Shown piece by piece: positions 12,693 to 25,624 of a DNA stretch of 64,000 bases. The DNA lies in assembly GCA_973895155.1 (NCBI GenBank), contig OZ316893.1, positions 21,622,955 through 21,686,954 on the forward strand, read 5' to 3'. This stretch comes from Marsupella aquatica (Eukaryota > Plantae > Marchantiophyta). Each line of letters begins with the position of its first letter. Position 1 is the stretch's first letter. The translations under genes were made by a program, and so were the position numbers. The notes beneath the pieces are model-generated. The model saw only the letters and a list, made by a program, of their open reading frames with translations, had not been told where the DNA came from and made no database searches.

Positions 12693-13169
12693 TTTACGGA
12701 CTCCCATTAGAGGTCCTTTCCAAAATTCCTGGCTTCACTGCGCACCACCTCATCATGGCACACCGCAAACCGGAAGAAACTTCTTTTTGGATAAAATTAA
12801 TTTCTACATTCGTGTTTGTGACAACTTTGCTGTAAAAACTGGGACGCCATGCCGTAAAAAAGAATGTGGTGGCGCGCTGTGAAGCCAGGAATTTTGGAAA
12901 GTACCTCTAATGGGGGTCCGTAAAGATTTTATTGAGTACTAAGGAGATTATGAATTTTAGAATTTATTTAGCTTTTAATGAACTTAACATTGATAGATTT
13001 AGTTCTAAAAGCTAGTTTTGTATTTGATGTTAATTATGGTTGCATTGGTAAGTTTGGCAACTATTTCAAGTGTCAAACATTGACTTGTCCATTTTTGAAA
13101 TTTTTTTCTTTAGATTTGGAGGTCCATCTAGGCTTTAGTTTCTAGAATAACATGGGGGTCCACGGATTA
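12693..13169 (+). mobile_element. Deleted copy of a non-autonomous dispersed repeat (longer copy at 58824-59948), containing an internal approx. 55-bp inverted repeat
   Basis: 12693-12866 matches 58822-58995; 12932-13169 matches blocks at 59328-59400 and 59776-59948. 12866-12924 is an inverted copy of the element's first approx. 55 bp. Confidence 0.75.
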
Positions 13170-16100
13170 AATCTGTGCTACTTTGATACATCACAATCAT
13201 AAGTTGCATCAGAAGAGTCTCTCAGCCATAGTTTTGTTGTCTCAAGTCCTTTGGGTTATTCAAGACTTTCTATGATGCGCTTGGGGACTTACTATACAAA
13301 TTTGAAGAATTTTGAATTTTGTGGTGCACCTTGTTAAGGCACATTAAAGTAAAAATATATGACAAGAATTCTTAGTAAGACAAAACATTCGGAAAAGTGG
13401 ATTGGCCATATGGCAATGTCAAGATAATGAGCACCTTAATTAGTTTCTTATGAAGCATGTTGACACCACAAGTAGTCTCTGCGAAAATGAACTATCACTT
13501 GACCCAATCTAGGATGAGAAAGTAATTACTTTGGCTAGCTACTGTTACAGGTTGGATTGATTTATGTACACACTGTTCATTGTTCCAGAAAATACATCAC
13601 CACAGGTTTCACATGGGTCCAGGACCTAATATTTTCTCTAGGGAGAATGAAACAATGCGCCAATTTTATTCCCAGTAACTTGCAGCCAAAACCAGCTAGG
13701 AAAGAAGAAGACAAATCAGTGGAGCCAGAATGTCAACCGAGGAGATGCCCCAGTGCCACCAGTTGACCCAAAGGAGGAATCCCACATCACCAAGAGATCA
13801 ACTTGGGCTTGGAATGGGTCAGACAAAATTCGCTTTCAACAGACAAACTTCGCTTTCAACCACAAAATACTATACCTACACCAAGGTACACTGACTTGTA
13901 CTTGTGTTTCACCCAGAGAACACAATTATCTATTCACTTTAATGATATGTTTTTTTCACTTTATTTATTATAATCATTGTTTCAATATTCTTGAATAGGA
14001 TATGATAGCTTGTGTTTCATAAACTAGTTACATAGATTAGACTTTATTGTGAATAAGTTAAAATAGGTGTGTCTTAGAAGGGCCAGCTATATCACTTTTA
14101 TGTTTTCACAGGGGAGTTTGAATTTCAATTCATGGTGTCAACGGGGATGGGATTGACCCTAAACTTTTTCTTCTCATTTTTTTCTTGTAGACTGTGGACA
14201 AGATCGAGAATGTCTGCATTGTTTTGATCGTTTGCCACTGTGTGTAAACGGACGACAAGACAGTGCAGATTAGGATTGGACTATTCCCCCATTTTCATAG
14301 TGTTAGATGTTGAGTAGCTGGCGATGCCAAGCTGCGGCTATGTTATTGTTCAAAGGCTCTATGCAAAGCTCTTGGCTGCTTCAATTTGAGCAATTCCTAG
14401 TCTTAATTATTCTGAATCAGCAGAAAACCAGTGAAACTCAAGGCCAATGTGGGGGCCAATGAATGTACTCGTTCAAGTGTTGATGGGAACAGTTTTGCGG
14501 TGAAGGCAGCAAATCTTGTGTAACAGAAGTTCATCCGATCCCATAACCAGCAAGATATGATGGGATGCTCATTGTTCTATGTGAAATCAGTACCATCACA
14601 AAGTTTTTGAGGCTTTCATCATCTGAAAAACAATGGATACAGAACAGAGATTATGATGGATAGGTCCTTGGTTTGAATCTCATGCCCAATTGCCACAAGA
14701 AGCACTTATTGTGGTCCCTGTCGATGTACAGCTTCGAGCAAAGTTCTTACATGTCCGAAATAAAAAGCTATCCTTGGCACATACAGTTTAATTACATGTT
14801 AACTTAATAGGTGAATGATGATATAACACCCATTTAAAAATGCTCTCAGTATCCATAGCCAGTTCTTTGGGTGTGAAGATTGTAGATGCAGTGGTGAGCA
14901 GATTCAAATTGTCACAAGAGGATATTGGTGAAAGTACGTGTTTTGTTTTCAAACAGGAGAACCAGCACAACCTAACACACTTACTTACTGCCCATAAGCT
15001 TCAAGTGTCAACAATGAGTTCAACACAAGAAGCAAAAGTGATGTGCTCCAGCAGCTCTACCTTCATTGCAATCCCAAAATAGTAAGTCCAACACATGATT
15101 GGCTCAGGTCCAGCCATGGAGTCTAACTTAGTACATTTTTAACAATAATGGCGCAACTTCAAGTGAGAAGCTTGGGTCCACTTCACTACTAACTACAAAT
15201 TTAACCAAACCCTCAGATGAAGACATGCAATGGCAAAAGACATTACACAGGAGGGGATAAAAACATTTCTTCTTCAAACAGATTACACTCCACACATGTC
15301 CCAATCCAGGCACTGACTGAGTTTTGAAATTTTTGTGTAACTAGTCTATGCACAGTGCACCCTGGCATGAAGATTAGGTTAAGTAACCCTATTAAGTAAA
15401 GTACACTTAATGTTAAGTGAAACCCAGTAATTCACAGTTGGGCGCAGAGGGGCAGCGAGCTAGTGTGGGAAAGCCTGCCCTGAAAAGAAGAGGAGAAAGC
15501 AAAAATGTTAAAACACAGGGCAACACTCCAGCAGGCTATGGGAGCCAACCCAGACGCATTTAATGACTACAGGGACTATTTAGTCTCTCTGAATCACCTT
15601 GGGATGTTCAGATCACTGACCTGGTAGAAATTTTAGAAAATGTAGAAATTTTAATCTGACTACAATAGTAGTTAAAGTCAGATATTATGACCTGAACCTG
15701 ATTGGTGTATTGTTCTTGAGGATTGAGACACATTAACAGATTGAAATGAGGGCAAATAGCGCTAGCCAGACTATAAGCCAAAAATAATCAATGGTGATTG
15801 TTGTGACAAGCTAGTAAGAGGGCCCTGCATGGAGGAAAATAAGAAGGGTAGCCAGGGTCATTTGTAGCCATAAACCTCAGAGCTATCTTGCACGTTATCC
15901 CCCCTCACATCTTGCTTAACTGACAGGAGAAAGCTATAGTGCTGCAGCTTCTGTAGTGTGTGCTTATTTGAAATTCAAACGTAGGGACATTAACGGCCGG
16001 AATGTTACTTTGTGGCCTTTGCCCTCAGACTTGCACTTAACAAGCACAGAATGCTAACCATTGATGGAGTAAATGGACCACAAACCCCTAATGCTAAACC

Positions 16101-16244
16101 ACAAAAGGAGACTCAGCTCTGTGCAATGCAAATGTGAAAGTGTGAAATGGATTAGTGAAAGACCCCTTTTTATGCTAATCATCCTCTCCTTTCTCGAGCT
16201 TTTCTAACCCTAATTTTCCGCACTGATTTTCCCTAATCCACCCT

Positions 16245-16905
16245 AATCCGCCTCCTAAACCTAATTCCTGGCCCGACCCACGAACCTGAACTCCGCCCTG
16301 GCCCCTACATACAATCCCGATCCCCGACCCTGGATCCAGCCCCCGAACCCCGTTCCCGGACCCTTGAGTTCCCCCGCCCCTGATCGACCCTTCCCTGGAC
16401 CCTAGACTCCCGAGCCCCAACCCCAGACTCCCCCCAAACCCCGCTCCCGGACCCCACCCCCGGACTCCCTCCGGACTTCCCCCGCCCCGGACCCGCCCCT
16501 GATCCCCCGATCCCCCGAAATCCCCGCCTCCAGACCCCGGCCCCGAACCCCCGATCCTCTTCCCCCGGCCGTCTACCCCGGAACCTCACCCAGGAGCGCA
16601 CCATCCCCTGGCCGCCGACCCCCGAACTCGGCCCGCCATCCCGGCCTCATCCCCCGACCCCGAACTTTACCCCGGGCCCCGAACTTTACCCCGGGCCCCG
16701 AACTTTACCCCGGGCCCCGAACTTTACCCCGGGCCCCGAACCCGGACCCGGTCCCGACCGGCTTTGGAACCCGGCTCTTAGTTTGGACCGGGGGAGACTG
16801 GGGGGAGTCCGGGAAGTGTCGGAGAATTCCGGGAATTGTTGGGGGGGGGTCCGGGGGGAGTTCAGGAGAATTTCGGTGAATGCGTGAAACTTCCGGTTTT
16901 GGGGC
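16245..16905. repeat. Very GC-rich, strand-skewed low-complexity block with 4x 19-bp tandem repeat CCCCGAACTTTACCCCGGG (16658-16733); probably TE-derived
   Basis: Read directly from the sequence: C-rich plus strand switching to G-rich after approx. 16790; ACCCTAA-like motifs just upstream. Confidence 0.75.
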
Positions 16906-17239
16906 TGTCATTTGATGGTTTTACGTGCCCGGCAAAGCGTCAAGTTGCCCATCAGGTTAAACCAGGCCCCTGGCGCATATGTGCTTCCCGAAGCTGCCTC
17001 ATAAATGCCCGGGCCCTACTCCCTATGGGCATAGGGCTTCGTAAACAATAAATACCCTTACCTTATCCATGGTTACGTGCTGGCATCACTAGTATAGGGT
17101 CGACCTTAATACACTTTAATGGTCAATCTTGGGACCAATGTTACTATTTTCTCCGAGCCAGGCTATTGAGGCACTTCTGGCACAAACTTCTCGGACTATA
17201 AATCTCCTGCACTAACAGGGCCAGACCATCGTCCCGGGT

Positions 17240-18777
17240 TGCAAATTAATCTACATGCAAGGCACCTCCGATCATCAGTGGCTTTGCGGAAGGATTGGAG
17301 GGCAGATAAACTCTTTGGAATCCGCGATTGTATGACAAATTCAACGGCAACAACAGCTGCCGTAGGGGATGACAACCCCGCGTCTAAAAATTGTTTTCCT
17401 TTCTATTCTACTACTCTACTACTTCTCTTCTCTAGCAAAACGCTTCGTGGAGGTAAATATTTGTCGGTCAGTATTCGTCCAATCGCTGGTTTTGAATGCA
17501 GGGTCGGACTGTGAGACAGAGATGCCTCTTATGTAAAGTTTTGCTGAGCTGATTGACATTCGCCATCAGACATTTTACCTCATCACGTACCGAAACTTGA
17601 TTTTCTTGTATCCGATCAAACCACTTTTGTACTCTTGAATGTCTCTTTAATGCCGAAAGGCAAGATCAATGTTAACTGAGATGGATGCTGCAACACCTCC
17701 GATACAACCATGCACGGAATCGAATCGACCGAAGATCGAGGCAAGCTCATAGGTTTTAGACCAAACCTGAACGACTTGCCCAGCACAACTGCTTTGACTG
17801 TTTGTCTGGTTGTAAGTTGTCAAGATTCTGGTGACGCCATAAACGTCAGATCGGAGAAAAGTGTTTCCCTTACCAGGTTGAGTCAAGATTTTTGTTGACG
17901 CAAGATCGTAGAAAAATGCTCCAAGAGATTGACAGAAACAGCATATAGATTGTTTTCTTCAACAATCTGAGCGGGAAGACAAAGTCAGACAACAGTGTTG
18001 ATATATATATATATATATATCCTTGGGCCTTTGGCGGCCCTTTCCATCGGTCTCACTTAAATGCTCACCAAACCTCCAACATACGTACCAGAAGTTCAGA
18101 ATTGGAGGAGCGCTCTGAAACAAGAAGGGGAAGAACAACTGATGTGTAAAATTGGCTCTCTTTTCAATTCTACTGCTGCGCTGAACGGCTGCCAGTCTTC
18201 TCGTGCAAATAGCTTCGTGGAGGTCGTGCAAATAGCTTCGTGGAGGTACAGTTTGTCTGTGTGTCTTTGTTCGATCACTGGCTTTTTGAATGCGGGGTGG
18301 ATCATGCATGCAACTTTCTAGTTTTTGTGCGATGTTTAGTGAAGTATGCTTCGATCTTCTGGGCTAAACGCAGTCCTTATGCGGAGCTTGCGCTTTCAAC
18401 TATTTCTCGATCGGCTATGTGTTTGCAGGCATGCGTTTATGGTGAAGATTGAAGGCCTTTGATCTATAGAGTGCTCGAAATCTGAGGGGGTTCTCTGGCT
18501 TTTCTGTGGCCAGGTTGTCGTCAATTGTTCAGGGGGCTAACCTTCGGGCTTACCTTGCGACCAGAGTTTGTCCTTTTGGTTCATTTGAACGCTTTGAAGA
18601 CCAACCCCCGCAAGTCAATCTTTTCCTGTTCCTTTTCCTTTTCCACATTCAACTTTGTTAGAGCAATGATCTGAATTGCACCTGATCAAGGTTTCCACTG
18701 GTCACCCTAGAGAGTCCGTCTGTCTGAGCCAGACATCCGACCACAACCTTCCAGTTGCTTCAGCCCGAACACCGTCG
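17240..18777 (+). pseudogene. Decayed coding-like module upstream of copy 3
   Basis: Homologous to the other upstream modules; carries an extra, more diverged duplicate of the FSSK.LRGG..SVFVQSL block at approx. 17425-17510 and an (AT)10 run at 18001-18020. Confidence 0.55.
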
Positions 18778-20144
18778 ATGGGGATGGCTGGCTCGAAACA
18801 TAGTCAGGTTTCGGTGATTATCGCTTCCGCTGTAGGGGCGTCAACGGCTGTGGGATTCTATCTCTCCCATGATATTATTTCGAAACAAACAACAGTGTTC
18901 CTTACAAACTGCACCCGGCCCACATCAGATTCCAGCTTCAGTGCAAACACCAGTTCGGGTTTCAACATCATCACTACACCCAACACCAGAGGAACTTCGG
19001 AAATTCTATTGACTTGCATCTTCACACTGCTAATATGCACCTGGCAAGTTCAGCATCTAAACGTCCCTCCCCTGGATAGTACCGGAGTTGGTCTATTTTT
19101 TAGAAAGCCATTTTACATGCTTGCCACATTGGTGGCACCTGAGTTGATACTGGGGGAAGCTTTGGGAGAATGTGTCCAAGCGTGGAGGAGTGTGAGATAC
19201 ATGAAACGCGAGCTTCCTGAGTTGGTTGAGCGTGGAGGTTGGACAATGACACACGCATTTTATGCTGCCATGTATGGATTTATGGTGAGGAAGAGGGTAG
19301 TCGATGAGCAAGACCTTGCCAGTACTCCTATTTCGATAGATAAGAGTATGTTTCGAACTTCTGTAACACGACAAAGTAATTTATTGGTATTAAATACGGA
19401 AAGAATGGTGATGTATTATAAATCGCTTCCCCCTCCAAGAAAATTCATCACGAAAACGGATATACGATGCAGAGCAAAAGGAGACATTTTCCTAAAATGC
19501 ATTGCAGGACTCCAAACCTTCTGGTTCATTGTCCAGATCTGTGCTCGCTGGGCCCAGAATCTATATATTCCCAACTTGAAATTTCGGTTGTAGCATATGC
19601 TATATGTACTTTTGTAAGCTACATGTTGTGGATAAAGAAACCTCGAGATGTGAGTGTTCCAATCATTTTGGATGAGGGCCCTGAAACATTGCCCGGTTCT
19701 AATGACTGGTTTGACACTCGTGAGGCATTGGACTGTTATGACGTTTCTGAAGATTACGAAGGATTTAACCTTCGTTTAGGAATGAAGGCTCACTTAATCA
19801 TAGTGGGCTTCAGTGTGGGAGGGTTTATTTTTGGGGCCATTCATCTCTTAGCTTGGAATGTCCACCTCATCAATGACCCTGAAAGAATACTTTGAAGGGC
19901 ATCTTCAGTTGTAACAACAGCAATTCCTCCATTGCTTTTGGTTTTCTCTACAGCTGGTACTAAGTTTGCCCGAATGGTTCTGGGTAGGGTTCCACCTAGG
20001 GGCCGTGTGACCTATGTGGCTCTTCTCTTTTACACAGCTGCTAGGGTGTTTCTTTTGTTAGAAACTTACAGGTATTTGTGGTTTTTACCAGGAGGGGCTT
20101 TTGCTCTTGTAACATGGTCCAAATACATTCCGCATGTGATGTGA
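18778..20144 (+). pseudogene. Fungal-type membrane protein pseudogene (copy 3), closest paralog of copy 4
   Basis: Nearly colinear with copy 4. The lesions I can see are a 1-bp deletion near 19565-19571 and TGG>TGA at 19893-19895; ends VTWSKYIPHVM*. Confidence 0.9.
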
Positions 20145-23100
20145 AAGAGGAACATGCATATTGGACGAATAATATATTTGTACATAAAAGCTTGTGATTA
20201 CAAGAAATGATTGACTGTCAAGCAAACCCTTAATTACTATAACTTAGAATTTGGGATGTGGCACATGTGATGCCATAGAGTAACTTTGCATGGGGTATCA
20301 AATAATATGCTATCCTACGCAAAAGTTTCCTTGCAGTCTGTTAACAAATTTGAAAAAGGAGGGAATTTCACACTGCCGTCAGATGTACTCTTAGGGTGTT
20401 TTCAACGTACATTGACTCAAATTGTGCCAAAGAGATTTACTGGCTTTTACATTAAATACGTACAAGGTACTGACTACACTAGGCAGTGTGTCAATATAGA
20501 GTACTTTACATAGATTATTTTCTCGCATGTAGAGTCTTCATGGGAAGTACCTTGGTATGAGAGCTTTTTGGACTTTTTGCTGTTTGCTTTTTGAAGTGAA
20601 TTTTTCCTTTTTCTTTGGGTTAATTTTGTTTTTTCCTCCAGTTTTTTGTCTTTTTGTAAACCTGTTGGAGGGAAGAAAAAGGTAGGTAGAGGGAGAGAGT
20701 GGGCGCGGGTGGGAGGGAGGGCGCCTGGAGAGGAAAAAGGAAAAAAAGGACTTTCTCCCTTCTTATATTGCCAAGCAACCCTCCCATGATTTCTTTGCCT
20801 CACTTACATTTTGTTTCCTCATCTAAGTTTCGTTACATTGCATACATCTCCTCACCTTGTCTTCAGTTTACATCGTCTCTGCTTGCCTCACTTGCATTTT
20901 GTTTCCTCACCTAAGTTCCTTTACCTTGCATACATTTCCTTGCCTTGTCTTGACATTGTCTGTGCAACGCACGGGCATTGAGCTATACTTTGATGAATAA
21001 AGACTTTTGATTACCAGAAATTATTATTAAGTAATTCACTTCAGTTGGGATTTAGGAAGGAAACACCAAGTGATCAATCATGCTTACTTTGTGTATACAT
21101 GTAACACATACAATTTACACTTCCAAAACTTTCTGCAGAGTGTCCTTTCTCAGTCTTTCTCCTGTGACCTTTAGACTGGGCAACAATTGCCAACTTACTC
21201 TGGCAACTCCCCAACAAATCATATATGATCCTCTTTAGAAATCTCAGTAAATTAAGATGCCCCTGATGCATTCTATTTAGCCCAGGTAGCTTCTGCTTAC
21301 CTTGGTGTGGAGGTAGTTAAGGGTAGCTGTGATACAGTATTAGCACTACTTTGGCCACATACAGCTGATATGCAAACAACCCCCAAAATATCATCTGATA
21401 GTAGCTTTATACAGGCGTTAAAACAAAGTTTGACTTTTTTTGTCTCCAAAGTCCATGCAAACACTTAAATGTGTGTAAACAATGTATAACACTACTCTTT
21501 CGTGATAGGAAAATTGAATAAACTTCTCCTCCGTATTTGTTATTGCTTGATCACAGTTTTCCATATATAGTATCTCAACCATTATTCTTGACTGGGCTCT
21601 AGCTTCCCATCACGATTACTTCAGTGCATTCAGGAAGGGCGCACAGAGAAAATGTGAGTGAGAGGAAGGGGAGGAGGTTGCGAATGAGAAGTCCCATTCT
21701 TGAAGGTGTTGAGTAGGGGAGATGTGTCTGGGAAGTACTAGACCATTGCAATTTCCATGTGATACATACATATGGCTTACAGTAGGGTACTGGGTTACTC
21801 AGATAGGTACCAAAGTTTTTGAATATTTGAATATATGAGTTAAAATGCATAATAGACTTGAAATTGAAGCCTGGATGTACCTTCATGTTTGTCCAAATGT
21901 TAGGATAGATTGCAACCTGGGTGGACTCCAGCAGAACCCTCTTTTCTGCTCACATAGTAGTTTTATATATACTGCCCAGAAAATGAGAGCTGCCTTTGGA
22001 AGTTTGTGGAACTCTCAATTTTCAATGAAATTTTGACTATTTTAGGCTCATTGGAAGGATCTTCCCAACCAGTTCCTAGTGACTAACCCAAAAATATTAA
22101 GATTATATGGATATAGAGTGGGATTTGAATGCCAAAGTTAACTTCTCAGCCCAAAGTGTTGTAAAACACTCGCTCGTAAGTTACTTAACTAAAGAAGATT
22201 AGGCCCTCCATGCACTTAGCTATACTTGTGCCTCCATTCTTACTTCCTGCCACTCTCCTCTCCACTGTCGATCCCTTTTCCCTGATCCCTACTTACAGTG
22301 AGTCCTGCAATCAGTCCTACGTAGCAATAGATTAGTGTTACCAACACAAAGTGTGGACAATAGTGTTCACAATGAGTGACTGGCCTAATCTTTAGAAATA
22401 CACAACTTTCACTGCTTCTAAAGAGTGAGCCCAAGGTGATCCTATTGAGTAGAAGGGCAAGCTAAGGACTATACGTACTGCACGTAAAACTTTGTTGCTG
22501 GAGGGTGTGAATGAGTGTCACGGTCCATAGGGGTTGCATTGTTCACGACCTCAATTCATGGGAGCATCAATTTTACTCATGGTATGTACATATACTCTGT
22601 CGAATGTCCAGTCGAATGTTCTCAAACTTCCAAAATTCACAGTCTTAGGGCTAGGTTCCAGGGGCCAGGGGCAGGGCCGGAGTACGATCACTCCCTCTGA
22701 TACCCCCTGGCCCCCAAATACACTGTATGTCAATGTGTACACAGTATTTTAAATATATGAATTTTGACTTTAATAGAGCCAATGAGAATGCACTGTACAG
22801 TCATAATGTCACTATATATATAGGGGTGGGGGATCTGAGTGTGTGAGAAAATCATACTCCCTACTACTTTATTTGTACACTCCCTACTCCTCACTCCCTG
22901 GAAAAGAAGTTGTGATCTTATTCGCTCAAATATGCTGACACACATGTGCAATCCTCACTCCCCAGCCCCATGAAATTTTGCCCTTATCGATCCCTCAACT
23001 TTCCAGGAAAAATCTATGGTGCTACGGCTGCTGTGAGTGTTTTATTCAAGATTCAAAGGTCGAGACATCAAGGGTCGGAACGTTTGCAGACTTTCTCCTA

Positions 23101-23917
23101 TTAAGGCATGTCGAATTTCTTCCATAAGCAGAGTCTTACTGCTGTGGATATATATACTCTTCTCTAAGGCTCATACCGACTTGACCTTAGGTACTAAGGA
23201 TTTAAAGAATTTTCTTGGGCACTGGAAGGATTATTGACTAACGGTTGTCATGTTCTTGAGAATTTTCATCTGTGCTGCCTAATGAATGCCAGATTTCAGA
23301 GTGAGACTAATTTTGTGTGTGTGAAGACTTCGGAGTAGAGTGGATGCTAGTCTCCTCATGTCAATTCCTGATTGTGGGCTGTCATGGAGCATTGAAGGGA
23401 AACCCAGATCTATGACAGTTTTTAGGACTATTTATGACAATTGAAAGTACTTAAAGCACCATAGAAATACAAAGGGCGCCTCTTAGGCCCCGCTACAGTC
23501 TAGAATTTTGACAATTGCACCACTGCAGGCCACGAGCAAATCGGAGAAGAAGCTGCCTCAAAACATAAATTGATACCGTAAGCTACTGGTATGGTGGAGG
23601 TCATGAACTCTTCAGTCACTCAATGACATGGAGTGCAATCCAATCAGCTTGCTGTCAATGATGCAAGACTTTCGTTACAACGCACAACAAACACCAGGTA
23701 GCACATAGCAATGCCGTTCGGACAGAGTGTTTTCCTCCTTTCACTTTAATTCTCATTTATTAACAAACTGGCGCTGTCTACTCTCCCTCATGTGTTCAAT
23801 GATGCCTCCCAGGTGCCTTTCACATTCCATGTTGAACTCTGGCTCCTCCACCCTTCACCTAAAGTCTTGACTTAAATCTACTGCACATGCCTACTGTGAA
23901 ACATTCACTCAGAATGT

Positions 23918-24036
23918 ACTGTACATGGCCTACTGTGTCAAGAGGCTGCCACTAGAACCAACTACGTACAGTGGGCACTGTACATGACCTACTGTGTCAA
24001 GAGGCTCCCACTAGAACCAACTACGTACAGTGGGCA
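23918..24036. repeat. Tandem duplication, 2 x 59 bp
   Basis: ACTGTACATG(G/A)CCTACTGTGTCAAGAGGCT(G/C)CCACTAGAACCAACTACGTACAGTGGGC occurs twice. Confidence 0.85.
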
Positions 24037-25624
24037 GTCACAGGGGTCTGGTTGAGCCCCAATTGCATCTTGAGTCCCAATTGCATCTTGCTGAACTGGG
24101 AACTCCAGAAAACGACAGAGGGGCCCTGTTGAATCTACACTTGCTTGAAAGCAACTTTAGAGGGCTATGGTCTAGAGCCAAGCCTCTAGACCCTCACACT
24201 AGACCCTAACTCTAAATAAGTACAAAATTGAAAGTGATGGTGACAAAACAGGAACAGGGCAGGATTTTCTTTTGCCTTCATCTCTATTGACTTTTATCTT
24301 TATTGACTTTCAAGGAAAGTTAGGGTAATCAGGCTAATTCTGCTATTACCGCGCTATTACCTTGGTTCGGGAGCATATGTAGGTTATTTTGTCTATTGAA
24401 GGTTTTCATTTTTGTTTTACCCTTCTATGTTTCTAATTTTCTTTTTTTAGATCCCTTCTTTAGGCCTAATTTATTTTTCAATCTCGCCTATCCTTTTTTA
24501 AAATATGTTATTTTTATTTTTATATTCAAGTTATATTAAATTATATTTTATACACCATGAACGTAGACCCTAACCTCTATCTCCCTAAGAGTGTGATGAA
24601 ATCCAATGGATTGGGTGCAAAAAACAAACACTGCAAGATAATGTGAACTTCTCTTCTCTTAACACTTGGAGTTCTATTTCCTAAGTTGATGTTTGAGTGA
24701 GTTACGTGTTGTTAAGCTAAATCATTATGAGAAAAACATGAGGCCCACAATAATTTAGACGCTAAGCAGTTCTCAGTAGTGGGGTGAACACTTTGTAATG
24801 GAATAAACAGTGAAGAAAAGACAACTATGTAAATAAAACAAACATTGAGTCACAAGCAGGATTATTAGAAAGTTCACCCAAAATGAATGATTTATTATCA
24901 TCAACACAATGGGAATTGAAACACAACAAGAAAAACTATCTTACTTTCTTTTTGGATCTTGCACTTTAGGTATTGAAAGAATATTTCCAGGATATTCGAG
25001 CTGTCAGACATCTAGGTATTTATTTTTAGTATTCCAAAGAATAGACAGGTTCTTGTCATTTAGCTAGCTGAGATAGTCCTAAAAGCCTTTTTTATTGACT
25101 TGTAGTGAATATTCTTTCAAGTTGGAGCAACCTATCAGAAGAAAGCAGCCACTTGATTGGATAGAATAGAATTTCGTAGTTGACCTAGAATCAGTAAAAA
25201 AGCCTAGGCCTGGGTGTGGGTCCCTATCACCAAGCTCTACATTGACAAATTCCAGTAGGGCGTCTCAAACAGGGGGAAAAATGACCTCACAGGCAGCCCA
25301 CGAAGCCCTTGGGCGTACTGAAAGTGGGTACACCCAGGCCGTTTTTTTTGGGGGTAGCCAACATTGAGTGGGGTTGCCGCACTCGCATCAAACACTTGTA
25401 AGCCTGACTCTCTACCTTCCTCTTTTGGGGACAGAGCAACTAGTCGCGAGGTAGTCTGCACATTTTTGCCGGCCCTCCCTATCAGTCGCGACATTTGGTG
25501 CCCGACCAATCAAGACCGTTGGCCTGACTTGGGACAGTCTGGGGGGGGGTGATCCCGCTTGCAAAATTAACATATTTGAGAAAATTTTCACTTGCAAAAT
25601 TAATATATTTGAGAGAAGGCCTAA

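Noticed and set aside
16175-16911. Gly/Pro-rich ORFs
   Set aside because: Artefacts of GC-rich low-complexity DNA lacking stop codons.
17390-17898. Caspase-like look of the upstream module (FYST..SVFVQSL; MHG..TVCLVVSCQDSG), which would suggest a protease plus membrane-effector pair
   Set aside because: The HG is not conserved in the homologous segment of copy 2 (LHTIE), the His-Cys spacing seems to result from a deletion, and the motif order does not fit. Worth testing with HHpred on the reconstructed consensus, but not supportable by eye.
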